DNA of 64,000 nt from Candidatus Saccharimonadales bacterium (GTDB lineage: Bacteria; Patescibacteriota; Saccharimonadia; Saccharimonadales; Saccharimonadaceae): assembly GCA_038244885.1 (NCBI GenBank), contig JBBRTA010000002.1, positions 6,436 to 70,435 of the forward strand. Direction: 5' to 3'. Below are positions 38,098-46,192 of the stretch, piece by piece. The number at the start of each line of letters is the position of its first letter. Position 1 is the stretch's first letter. Below the pieces are notes generated by a model. That model saw only the letters and a program-made list of their open reading frames with translations, was not told the origin of the DNA and ran no database searches. The translations under genes and the position numbers were made by a program.

Positions 38098-38934
38098 ATG
38101 TCAGATAAACCCGAAAAAGCCTCGAAAGAGGAGATTGCGGTCATCGCAGCACTCGGCGATACCGGTCAAAAGGTGGTGGATTTCGTTCACAAGACGGTAT
38201 CCGACACGATGAAGGCCAACGCCGACGAGCTGCGTGCAGCAATCGGGCGGTTCAACGAGCACGTCGCATCATGCGAGGCAAGGGAGATCGGTTACAACGA
38301 TCTCCTGAACTCGATGAGCGACGCGCTCAACAAGGCCCGCGGTGCACACAGTTCCGTTGCAACGAGCGTCAATGACGGCAAGCAGGTCACGCCTGCCGCA
38401 GTCGCTGAGGCAGTCGAAGCAACAGAAAAGGTGCAGAGGCTCGAGGACTCGTGGAAGGTGATGGTCGACAAGACCCTCGAAGCCCACGACAAGACCCTCG
38501 ACGACCTCAAAGGTCGGGTTTCGACACTCGAAGGCAAGAACAAGGTTCCGACGATGGCACCCGTGCCAGCACCGGAACCGAACCCCAAGCCCAAGGCTGT
38601 CGAGCCAGAACCCAACGTCGTCACGGTCGAGCCAAACAAGCCCGACCAGACGAACGTCTTCGTGGCACCGTCACAGCCGACGGTCGTCCGCTACGTCAAC
38701 CCCAAACTTTGGGGCGGCCTGGCACGGGCGTTGGCAGCCGCCGGCTTCATCATCGGTGGCATCGTCGTCCTGAACATTTGGGGAGGTTTCTTCCCCGGTG
38801 TTCCCGCAGCCATTCAGTGGGTGCGATGGTTGACACTACTGTTGATACCTGTGTTCGGCCTGTTTACAGGCGGGGCACTTGGTTCATACATCGAGTCGAA
38901 GCAGCAACCCGTAAGGGAAACAGTCGTGGCGTAG
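38098..38934 (+). CDS. Hypothetical membrane protein of the GC-rich island (helical N-domain, PxP-rich linker, two C-terminal TM helices)
   Basis: GC3-rich ORF; ATG 38098 preceded by AAAGGGAGAAGAG; C-terminus LARALAAAGFIIGGIVVLNIW and WLTLLLIPVFGLFTGGALGSY. Confidence 0.6.
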   Translation: MSDKPEKASKEEIAVIAALGDTGQKVVDFVHKTVSDTMKANADELRAAIGRFNEHVASCEAREIGYNDLLNSMSDALNKARGAHSSVATSVNDGKQVTPAAVAEAVEATEKVQRLEDSWKVMVDKTLEAHDKTLDDLKGRVSTLEGKNKVPTMAPVPAPEPNPKPKAVEPEPNVVTVEPNKPDQTNVFVAPSQPTVVRYVNPKLWGGLARALAAAGFIIGGIVVLNIWGGFFPGVPAAIQWVRWLTLLLIPVFGLFTGGALGSYIESKQQPVRETVVA

Positions 38935-39056
38935 CCACAGGGCGTGTAGGAGCCTAGTTCTCCTCTTTGTCGTTCAGTCGACGCACGTCCACGAATCACA
39001 ACCGGGAAGGCCTCGGTGTGAGCATGCCCCCAAAGGGCAGAGAGGGGGTTCTTCTC

Positions 39057-40085
39057 ATGAAGAATCTTCGTCATTGGCTCTCCGGGGCCTTTATTTCTGG
39101 CGGCGCCATCGTCGTCGGGATCATGGTCCTGTTGTTGTCAACCATATTCACCACCATGGGTCAGCCGACCAATGTGTCCGCTACCGAGCCGACGCCGACT
39201 GCAACCGCAACGGCAACGGCCACACCGGTGGCCACCAAGCTGACGACATCCAAGTACATCATCGCGATGCCGGAACGAGGTAACGGCCGTCTGAATAAAG
39301 ATGGCGTTACCAATCGTGGTAACGTCGAAAAGTTCAGGACGCAGATCCTGAACCAGGCTAAAAGCGACCCTCTGACACTCTTCCTTTACTACCAAGCTTC
39401 ACCGCTTGGTACGACAAGGCCTCTTAGCAATGAGTCAATCATAGCTGAGGGCGGGAAGGTCATGAACGGAAACGTCTACTCCAAGGAAGGCATTCGTGCC
39501 TACAAGGAGTGGGCAGCCCTCTGGACATCGTCGGCCACGCAGATCTCTGCAGTTGACGAAATCACGTTCCAGGGGAACAACACTGGTGTGTCAGCCAAGA
39601 ACACCCCGACCACCAGTAAGAGCGTCACTGGTAAGGACAAATCGGGTTACGACATCCGATACACTGATGCGATGAGTAAGACGGTGAAAGAGCATTCCGC
39701 TCTGAACCGTTGTACTCAGCCCACCGGTAATAGGATACCGAACGTCCCGCCGGGACCGACGGACAACCCAGTCCCGACGCCGACACCTACACCGACGCCG
39801 ACGACGCCGACGTGCCCACCCGGGTACGTTGGTACACCGCCAAAGTGTCTCCAATCCAAGGTTCCTTCACAGGATCCCGCGCCAAGAGGCAACGCTCCCG
39901 TCGGGGGAGGTTTGAACCAGGACCCTGGTCCTGGAACGGTCCCCCCGGCGCGTCCAGCGCCGGTCGCACCACCCGTTGGGTCAACCCCCGACCCGGCACC
40001 AGCCCCTGCGCCAGAGCCTTTGGCCCCACCGCCGAGCGCTCCAGCAACGGGAACATCCTGCGCACCAGGAATACCTGTGTGCTGA
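39057..40085 (+). CDS. Hypothetical secreted/anchored Pro-Thr-rich protein of the GC-rich island
   Basis: ATG 39057 preceded by GAGAGGGGG (ATG 39024 or 38967 start also possible); N-terminal TM GAFISGGAIVVGIMVLLLSTIF, TEPTPTATATATATP linker, Pro-rich C-terminus ending CAPGIPVC. Confidence 0.6.
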   Translation: MKNLRHWLSGAFISGGAIVVGIMVLLLSTIFTTMGQPTNVSATEPTPTATATATATPVATKLTTSKYIIAMPERGNGRLNKDGVTNRGNVEKFRTQILNQAKSDPLTLFLYYQASPLGTTRPLSNESIIAEGGKVMNGNVYSKEGIRAYKEWAALWTSSATQISAVDEITFQGNNTGVSAKNTPTTSKSVTGKDKSGYDIRYTDAMSKTVKEHSALNRCTQPTGNRIPNVPPGPTDNPVPTPTPTPTPTTPTCPPGYVGTPPKCLQSKVPSQDPAPRGNAPVGGGLNQDPGPGTVPPARPAPVAPPVGSTPDPAPAPAPEPLAPPPSAPATGTSCAPGIPVC

Positions 40086-40094
40086 GTTGACAAC

Positions 40095-40131
40095 GAGTTG
40101 GGTGCGTGGCCTTCAGTCACGCACCCAACTC
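40095..40131 (+). terminator. GC-rich 14-bp hairpin right after the island ORF2 stop (no T-tract)
   Basis: GAGTTGGGTGCGTG-N9-CACGCACCCAACTC. Confidence 0.4.
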
Positions 40132-40360
40132 AGAAAGCTATATCGTTTAGCGCATCACCGAGGAATCTATTCCCTGCTTTAACGCCTCACGGCGACCGCA
40201 AGTCGAGTAGATTCCTCGTGAATCTTTTTTGATTCGACATGCACGTTGTAATAATCTGATTTGTTTCCTTTAACAAACAGGCAATAGCACCAATCAATAT
40301 TATTTATTTTTATTAATATTTGATTCTCTCTGCGAGACGAATCAATAGAAGGAGAATTAT

Positions 40361-41665
40361 ATGAGCAACTTAATTTCACTCATACGACGCGCCCCTAAGC
40401 GCACCAGTACATTACTCGCGATTGCAGCCGCAGTCGTCGTTGTTCCAGCCGCCCTATTTGCATGGGGACCGACTCGTCCAACCTACACAATCGAAACACC
40501 AGCCGATCACATTACGTTTAACTCAATCACCAACAACCCAAATATTGGTGACGAGCGTAATTTCGTTGGTATCCGCGAAACTGGCACAACCAACCTATGG
40601 TCCGACAACATGACCGTCGTAAAAGACAAGTCATACACGGTCCGTATGTACGTACACAACAACGCAGCCGCCAACCTCAACCTGGTGGCCGAGAATGTCA
40701 CCGCTAAGTTCAACCTGCCAACGACCACTGGGAAATCCCTCCAGGTCAACGGTTTCTTGGACTCAAGCAACGCAACGCCAACCGAAGTTTATGACCACGC
40801 AATTTTTACTAGCGCCGAGGATTTTAACCTGGCGTACGTAAGCGGCAGTCTAAAATTTGAGAATAACTTCTTTGGCGCAACCGGTACTGCTCTTCCCGAG
40901 AGTATCTTTACCAGCGCCGGAGCAAAACTTGGCTACGACAAGCTTGACGGCCGCATTCCTGGTTGTTTCCAGTATGCCGGCTACGTGAGCTTTACAGTCA
41001 AGCCACAATTTGCCCCAGTCTCACAGTTTACTATGAGCAAAATGGTCAGCAAACACGGTGATAACAAGTGGGTTGAAAGCTACGCCGCACAAGCTGGCGA
41101 AGTAGTTGACTACCTTATTCAGTACAAGAACGTCGGTGGAGCACAACAGAACGACGTCACTTTCCGTGACACACTTCCTACTGCTACGACCTACGTCAAC
41201 GGTTCAACAACCTTTGGTAACTCAACGACCCCTGCTGGAGTCAAAGCAAGCGACAACATCGCTAACGGAACTGGCATCAATGTCGGTTCATATGCTCCAG
41301 GCGCAAACGCATGGGCAATCTTTAGCGCCAAAGTTGCAGCCAACGATCAACTTCCAACCTGTGGTGCCAACACGCTTGTAAACAAAGCTAAGGTTACAAC
41401 TGGTGGTGGTTCAATCGAAGATACAGCAAACGTCACCGTTTCTAAAACGTGTAAGACAGCTGAATGTAAGCCTGGTATTCCAGTTGGTGACAAGCGATGT
41501 GAAGAAACTCCAGTAACACCCGTTACTCCAGTCACTCCCGTCACCCCAACCCAACTACCAAAAACGGGCGTCAGCGACAGTATCGCTCCCCTGCTTGGAC
41601 TTGGTTCACTGATTGCAAGTGTTGGTTATTACCTCACTAGCCGTCGTGCTGCCCTGCTCAAGTAA
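40361..41665 (+). CDS. LPXTG cell-wall-anchored surface protein with DUF11-type conserved repeat domain
   Basis: Signal peptide, DUF11/TIGR01451-like segment AQAGEVVDYLIQYKNVGGAQQNDVTFRDTLP, (TPV)x4 stalk 41507-41542, LPKTG 41555-41569 + hydrophobic stretch + RRAALLK; SD AAGGAG. Confidence 0.85.
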   Translation: MSNLISLIRRAPKRTSTLLAIAAAVVVVPAALFAWGPTRPTYTIETPADHITFNSITNNPNIGDERNFVGIRETGTTNLWSDNMTVVKDKSYTVRMYVHNNAAANLNLVAENVTAKFNLPTTTGKSLQVNGFLDSSNATPTEVYDHAIFTSAEDFNLAYVSGSLKFENNFFGATGTALPESIFTSAGAKLGYDKLDGRIPGCFQYAGYVSFTVKPQFAPVSQFTMSKMVSKHGDNKWVESYAAQAGEVVDYLIQYKNVGGAQQNDVTFRDTLPTATTYVNGSTTFGNSTTPAGVKASDNIANGTGINVGSYAPGANAWAIFSAKVAANDQLPTCGANTLVNKAKVTTGGGSIEDTANVTVSKTCKTAECKPGIPVGDKRCEETPVTPVTPVTPVTPTQLPKTGVSDSIAPLLGLGSLIASVGYYLTSRRAALLK

Positions 41666-41705
41666 TTCGAGTCTGACCGCTCTTCACTACTGAAGCGATT
41701 CAGAC

Positions 41706-41741
41706 AAATTACCCCCGCTATCCATGCGGGGGTAATTTTTG
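41706..41741 (+). terminator. Intrinsic terminator after the LPXTG gene
   Basis: AAATTACCCCCGC-tatccat-GCGGGGGTAATTT followed by TT. Confidence 0.8.
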
Positions 41742-41757
41742 TTATACTGAAATAACT

Positions 41758-41979
41758 ATGACAAAACAAAAGAAGAAACGCAACAAAGTCTACCATGGTG
41801 CCGATGCGGCCATGACCCGTCCGGTTGTCACCCGCATTTCAGCTGCCAACCGCAATAAAGCCAACCAATGGTGGTTTGACCGCAAAGCGGCTTTGAAGCC
41901 TATTCTTATCACCAGCTTGGTGGTTATAGTTGTCGTCTGGCTAATCTTTGAGCTAGTTCGCGTTATCAACGGAGCGTAA
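41758..41979 (+). CDS. Small basic single-TM protein (73 aa)
   Basis: MTKQKKKRNKVYHG..., TM ILITSLVVIVVVWLIFELV; TATACT box 9 nt upstream of the ATG; 3' end overlaps the kinase gene by 27 nt. Confidence 0.4.
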   Translation: MTKQKKKRNKVYHGADAAMTRPVVTRISAANRNKANQWWFDRKAALKPILITSLVVIVVVWLIFELVRVINGA

Positions 41980-44121
41980 TTTTTCAAGCGGTAGATGGAA
42001 CCCGAACGTACTGCCCTGCCCCTCGACCGATTCAAACACGACTTTGCCACCATGGGCATCGATGACTTTCTTGGCCAAGAAGAGCCCAACGCCGGTGCCA
42101 TCTGGTCGCTGCTTGCGGGCGTTGCTGGCCCGGTAAAACTTAGTGAATAGTTCGGCCTGCTCGGTTAATGGCACGCCGATACCGGTGTCTTTGACACTAA
42201 AGACCACTACCGCGTCTTGGATCGTCAGTTTGACGTGGATGGTGGTATTCTCGGCCGAATAATACAGGGCGTTGTCGGCAAAATTCATAATTACCTGTCT
42301 TATTTTTCCTTCGTCCAAATCAAGTATTGGAAATCTCTTTGGAGGCGTGTAAGAAAACGAGAGGTTTCGTGACGCTGCGGTAGTCAAGAGGCTATCGATT
42401 TCCTGTTCGACAACCTTGGCAAGATTAGAGGGACGTTTGTCGATTATGAATTTACCCGTTTGGAGCCGTGAGACGTTCAAGAAATCGTTGATTAAATGCA
42501 CCATGCGCTCGCTACTAGTGAACGCCTCTTCCAATAGATGCTTTTGGGCATCAGTTATCTTGCCGGCATCACCTTCGATGACCATACTGATATAACCCTT
42601 CACGCTCGTCAGGGGGGTTCTTAGCTGATGGCTGGCCATACCGACGAACTCATCCTTGGCCTCATCAAGACGATGAAGTTGCGCGTTGCTGACACGAAGC
42701 TCGTGCGTCGCTTCGTTGATGCGTTGTTGCAGGGTAGCATTCAAATCCTTCACTTCTTGAACGGAGTGGGCATTCTGAATTGCAATGACGAGTTCATCGG
42801 ATATCGTTTCAAGTATCTGAATGTCGCGAGCAGCGTAGTTCGAAACTCGGTGCGGACCGAGACAAAAATACCCAATAACAGTATCGTTCTGTACAAGGGG
42901 AAGAATGAGTTCAAGTTTGTGGCTCACCATCATACGGCACATAACGTCATCGGTTTCGAGTAACGATGCAACGATGACATTGGCGGTATGACTTTGAACG
43001 AAACTATCCATCATTTGCGCATCAGCTTTTGGTAATACCGAATGTCCTGTCGTGCCCACGCTAATTGGGCGTTGCTTTGTTGAATATAGAAAGAAGAAGG
43101 CCTGTTCAGACTTTAAGGTGATACCAATCTCTTTAGCGACAATCTTCATTAAGTGATGCAAGTCAGTCGTCGAGGCGAGAGTACCGTTTAAACGAGAGAA
43201 GAAATCATTTCGGCTGTACTCATCTTGAAAGAAAATACGCCTTGTTAAGTGATCAAAGAAGTGCCTGAGGGGTTGAAAGACTAACGCCAGTATTAAACCG
43301 ATCAATACGCCGCTTGTAGTTTGCTGCGGACTCGTGAAGGTACTTCCAAAAAATGTAGACAGTGCGAGCGCAGCTACAAAATAGAGACCGGTTAACGTCG
43401 CAAGAACCATCGTATAAGTGACGCTGCGAACAACCGCCGAGCGGATATCAAACAGGCCCTGACGCACAACCGCATAGCCTACTCCTGCAATTATCAACGA
43501 TCCAAACAGAAGCCCTGTCGTCGATAAATCAAAATTGTTATATAGCGTCGGTAGTAACACATTAGTGACTAACATAGCGATGATCGCAATGCCTATCGTC
43601 ACGAGTAAGTTTTTAGAATACGCCTTCACCTTTCGGTCGGAAGAGCGTGCGCCGGAGCCAAGCTGAAAAAAAACAAATATAGCCAATGCCAGTATCGACA
43701 AAAAATAAACAATAGCCAAAGCACCGAATTGGATGCCGACAGACGTTGCCGCCTGATCGCCAATCGTTATATCATTAACGACAAACGGTGTTAAGGCAAG
43801 CACTGCAACAGTTATCGCTAGAGCTAACGCGGTACCCGGCAGCTGTTGTCGTCGCGTAATGGCCGTTGCGAAACTACCCAATATATAAAACGCCGCCAAG
43901 GCCGCAACAAACAATATTTTATTGATTATTAATAATCCATCATGACCAATCTGAATCAGATTACTCAGATAATTTAGCGCAGCGAGGGCTGCAAAGGAGA
44001 TTAGAAAACTAAAAAAATATTTATTCAGCTCGTTTTTAATACCGGTACGAAAAACAATGATAGCAAAAGACAAAAAAATAACTTCAACCAGCAAGACAGA
44101 AATTAGCACTAGCATGTTCAT
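41953..44121 (-). CDS. Sensor histidine kinase: about 10 TM helices - GAF-like - HisKA - HATPase_c
   Basis: H-box ASHQLRTPL, N-box NFADNALYYS, G1 DTGIGV, G2 GTGVGL; N-terminal 330 aa highly hydrophobic; TATAAT 6 nt upstream of the ATG. Confidence 0.9.
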   Translation of the reverse strand: MNMLVLISVLLVEVIFLSFAIIVFRTGIKNELNKYFFSFLISFAALAALNYLSNLIQIGHDGLLIINKILFVAALAAFYILGSFATAITRRQQLPGTALALAITVAVLALTPFVVNDITIGDQAATSVGIQFGALAIVYFLSILALAIFVFFQLGSGARSSDRKVKAYSKNLLVTIGIAIIAMLVTNVLLPTLYNNFDLSTTGLLFGSLIIAGVGYAVVRQGLFDIRSAVVRSVTYTMVLATLTGLYFVAALALSTFFGSTFTSPQQTTSGVLIGLILALVFQPLRHFFDHLTRRIFFQDEYSRNDFFSRLNGTLASTTDLHHLMKIVAKEIGITLKSEQAFFFLYSTKQRPISVGTTGHSVLPKADAQMMDSFVQSHTANVIVASLLETDDVMCRMMVSHKLELILPLVQNDTVIGYFCLGPHRVSNYAARDIQILETISDELVIAIQNAHSVQEVKDLNATLQQRINEATHELRVSNAQLHRLDEAKDEFVGMASHQLRTPLTSVKGYISMVIEGDAGKITDAQKHLLEEAFTSSERMVHLINDFLNVSRLQTGKFIIDKRPSNLAKVVEQEIDSLLTTAASRNLSFSYTPPKRFPILDLDEGKIRQVIMNFADNALYYSAENTTIHVKLTIQDAVVVFSVKDTGIGVPLTEQAELFTKFYRASNARKQRPDGTGVGLFLAKKVIDAHGGKVVFESVEGQGSTFGFHLPLEKLRSVDNAN

Positions 44122-44141
44122 ATCGTGATTATACTATAAAC

Positions 44142-45038
44142 CTAGTAGCCTGCGCGTGGGTTTTTTCCCAACTTGGTCCGCAGTGCGGCGACAGCAAAAC
44201 TGGCAAAAAAGTGTGCTCTGGGAAATCGTACGTTTATCCTACCGTCAATGGCGTCTATCGACGTCCCGTGCGGAGCATAACAGATCCAGTGTTGGCGCTC
44301 TGGGCTTATTTGCTGTAAAAGATGCGCAAGAGCTTGAACCGAGGCGTATGCTGCTGCCATTTTGACGCCCGGTGAAACGGTCGGGGTGGGTATATCGCGG
44401 TCTTCAATAGCTTTGAATATATTCGTATCGGCGTATGAAGGGATATGTGGCACCCAACGATACAGCGGGACGTTCGCCTTAGCGATTTCATCCAAATCTG
44501 CGTTTGGATCAAGGCCTAGATACTCCTCAAATTTTTTACCATCAGGGGCAAAGGAAGTTGTATACGCACCAAAACCGATGTTAAGCGTCATCAGAACTGG
44601 CAATTTTTCTTTACGAGCCGCTCGCGCCAACATGACACCAAGCTCATGCTTCGTAAACTCGGTTTCGTCTACTACCAAGTCTGCTCCCACGACGAAAGTC
44701 TGAACGTTACCAGGCGTAATACCTTCAATAAACACCGCGACCTGCGCCTGTGGATTTACCGCAAAAATCATACTCGCGATAACCTCGGCCTTATTTTTAC
44801 CAAGTGTATCGAACGTTGCACCAGCCTGCCGATTCAGATTATCTATTTCAAAAACCTCCGGGTCGGCCAGACGAAAGTTACCAATCCCCAATTGAGCCAA
44901 GGTAACAGCTAGTTCACCCCCATCGCCACCAACCCCAGCAATAGCCACGGTCGACTGCTGTAAATGTTCGTGCTCAACACGACTAATAAAACCTAGATTG
45001 CGATTGAACTGATTCGGGTTGGGCTGGGGATCATTCAT
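44142..45038 (-). CDS. ThiF/MoeB/HesA-family E1-like adenylyltransferase
   Basis: Nucleotide loop IAGVGGDGGELA, FEIDNLNRQ, DETEF; no C-terminal CxxC pairs or rhodanese domain seen; ATG overlaps the upstream stop (ATGA). Confidence 0.85.
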   Translation of the reverse strand: MNDPQPNPNQFNRNLGFISRVEHEHLQQSTVAIAGVGGDGGELAVTLAQLGIGNFRLADPEVFEIDNLNRQAGATFDTLGKNKAEVIASMIFAVNPQAQVAVFIEGITPGNVQTFVVGADLVVDETEFTKHELGVMLARAARKEKLPVLMTLNIGFGAYTTSFAPDGKKFEEYLGLDPNADLDEIAKANVPLYRWVPHIPSYADTNIFKAIEDRDIPTPTVSPGVKMAAAYASVQALAHLLQQISPERQHWICYAPHGTSIDAIDGRINVRFPRAHFFASFAVAALRTKLGKNPRAGY

Positions 45039-45778
45039 TGCCGATTACGATCGTCGCTGACAGCACGCATAGCGACCCTACCGAGTGACGGTTGCTCGAA
45101 AAAGGTAGCAAGCTTCTCTGGCATGCCACTCAAGGACCGACCTGATTTATCACGTTCTTGAACTTGTCCTACCACACTGCGAGGGTGCATAGATACTAGC
45201 AAATTCACGGTGTTGTATTCGTCTATTTGTTGTGGTTCCGCAATTGTCTCAAGTTTAATGCCAATAAAATCATCGAGGTAGCGACGCAAAGGCTTTTCGA
45301 TGACTGCATATACTTCAGCATCACTATCCGAAGTGTCCTGAAGCGCCGCACGAATCAGGGACATACTGACAATACGTGACAATGTGGGCGGTATCCCCGA
45401 ATCAACCATAAAGCGTGATATTTCGCGAACATTTTCAGGTAAGGTAACGTCAAATAAAGTCTCGCACGGTAGCCTACCGCCATGATCGCGTCGAATAACA
45501 CGTATCGTTCCCAGTGTCTCACCATCGTCGCTTAATGCGACAAAATGGTCAGACTGACTATCGTACATATCGTACTCCGCACCGTTTTCATCTAATACAT
45601 CTGCTGATAAAAATGATCGGTCTTCAACATAAGTTCTCGCTCGTAATCGACCCATAGACAGCCATAATTTTCTATCTTCTTTCAGAATATGACTGACGCT
45701 AAATCCATCTTGAAAGATACGCTCGCTATTGAATCGCGGTTTCTCATGTTCGGGGGTAAGGGTATCAATGGATAACAT
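45035..45778 (-). CDS. LuxI/FeeM-fold GNAT N-acyltransferase (autoinducer-synthase / N-acyl amino acid synthase-like)
   Basis: GRLRARTYVEDRSF, GAEYDMYDSQSDHFVAL, GTIRVIRRD, REISRFMV (E-x-S-R motif); start at ATG 45778 or 45796, longer ORF would cover the divergent receiver start. Confidence 0.7.
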   Translation of the reverse strand: MLSIDTLTPEHEKPRFNSERIFQDGFSVSHILKEDRKLWLSMGRLRARTYVEDRSFLSADVLDENGAEYDMYDSQSDHFVALSDDGETLGTIRVIRRDHGGRLPCETLFDVTLPENVREISRFMVDSGIPPTLSRIVSMSLIRAALQDTSDSDAEVYAVIEKPLRRYLDDFIGIKLETIAEPQQIDEYNTVNLLVSMHPRSVVGQVQERDKSGRSLSGMPEKLATFFEQPSLGRVAMRAVSDDRNRQ

Positions 45779-45817
45779 TCCCTTCAAAATTATCATTATG
45801 CTACAATAAATGCAACT

Positions 45818-46189
45818 ATGACTAAAATAGCTATCATCGAAGACGATCCCGTTATTAGCCAAATGTACCGCATGAAATTTGAAGCGGATGGCTTTGACGT
45901 GCAACTCGCCAATAACGGCAAACGAGGCGTAGCGCTCGTCCAGGCATTTTCACCTGACATTATATTGCTTGACCTTCAAATGCCCGAGATGGGCGGCGCT
46001 GAAGCCCTCGCGATCATCCGCAAGGAAGAACAAAGCAAAAATACACCTGTCATCATCCTCACCAACCTCGGCGAAGAAGAATCACCAAAAGAAATACGCA
46101 GCCTTGGTATTCATAGCTACATCGTCAAAGCAGACCTGACTCCCCGACAAGTTGTCCAACGAGTCAAAGAAGCCCTCGGCACCAACTAG
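45818..46189 (+). CDS. Stand-alone response-regulator receiver domain (CheY-like, no output domain)
   Basis: IIEDD, phospho-acceptor ILLDLQMPEMGG, TNL, conserved Lys in YIVKA; TACAAT 10 nt upstream of the ATG. Confidence 0.9.
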   Translation: MTKIAIIEDDPVISQMYRMKFEADGFDVQLANNGKRGVALVQAFSPDIILLDLQMPEMGGAEALAIIRKEEQSKNTPVIILTNLGEEESPKEIRSLGIHSYIVKADLTPRQVVQRVKEALGTN

Positions 46190-46192
46190 TTC

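Noticed and set aside
38451-38957. 168-aa + strand ORF, Arg-rich, overlapping island ORF1 in another frame
   Set aside because: An Arg/Gly/Pro-rich out-of-frame reading is typical of GC-rich DNA. The overlapping frame 38098-38934 has an SD site and plausible TM architecture.
39781-39815. ccgacgccgaca-type periodic sequence
   Set aside because: It is an in-frame (Pro-Thr)n linker of island ORF2, not an independent repeat element.
39716-40120. 134-aa minus-strand ORF, Gly-rich (GAGAGAGSG, VGVGVGVGVG)
   Set aside because: It is the antisense reading of the Pro/Thr-rich C-terminus of the island ORF 39057-40085. It is low-complexity and has no start context. High GC content suppresses stop codons in alternative frames.
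40141-40360. Search for a right-hand att repeat matching the tRNA-Glu fragment (gttagacgatgagacc...) at the far border of the GC-rich island
   Set aside because: Only 6-nt chance matches (agacga) were found. The only structures there are an 11-bp inverted repeat CGAGGAATCTA/TAGATTCCTCG (40159-40218) followed by a T-run, and a small GAATC/GATTC hairpin. No direct repeat supports a defined integrative element.
41507-41542. 9-nt periodic repeat (actccagta/acacccgtt...)
   Set aside because: It is an in-frame (Thr-Pro-Val)x4 stalk of the LPXTG protein, not a CRISPR array or non-coding tandem repeat.
45779-45904. N-terminal extension of the acyltransferase ORF (start at 45904). The same question arises for 4417-4509, 15644-15745, 16047-16247, 8689-8727, 61680-61808, 63495-63584, 38056-38097 and 38967-39056.
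   Set aside because: The extensions overlap neighbouring genes or divergent starts, lack family-typical N-termini, and have better-supported internal ATGs. The support is SD sites, -10 boxes, or the conserved N-terminal motif beginning just after the internal ATG.
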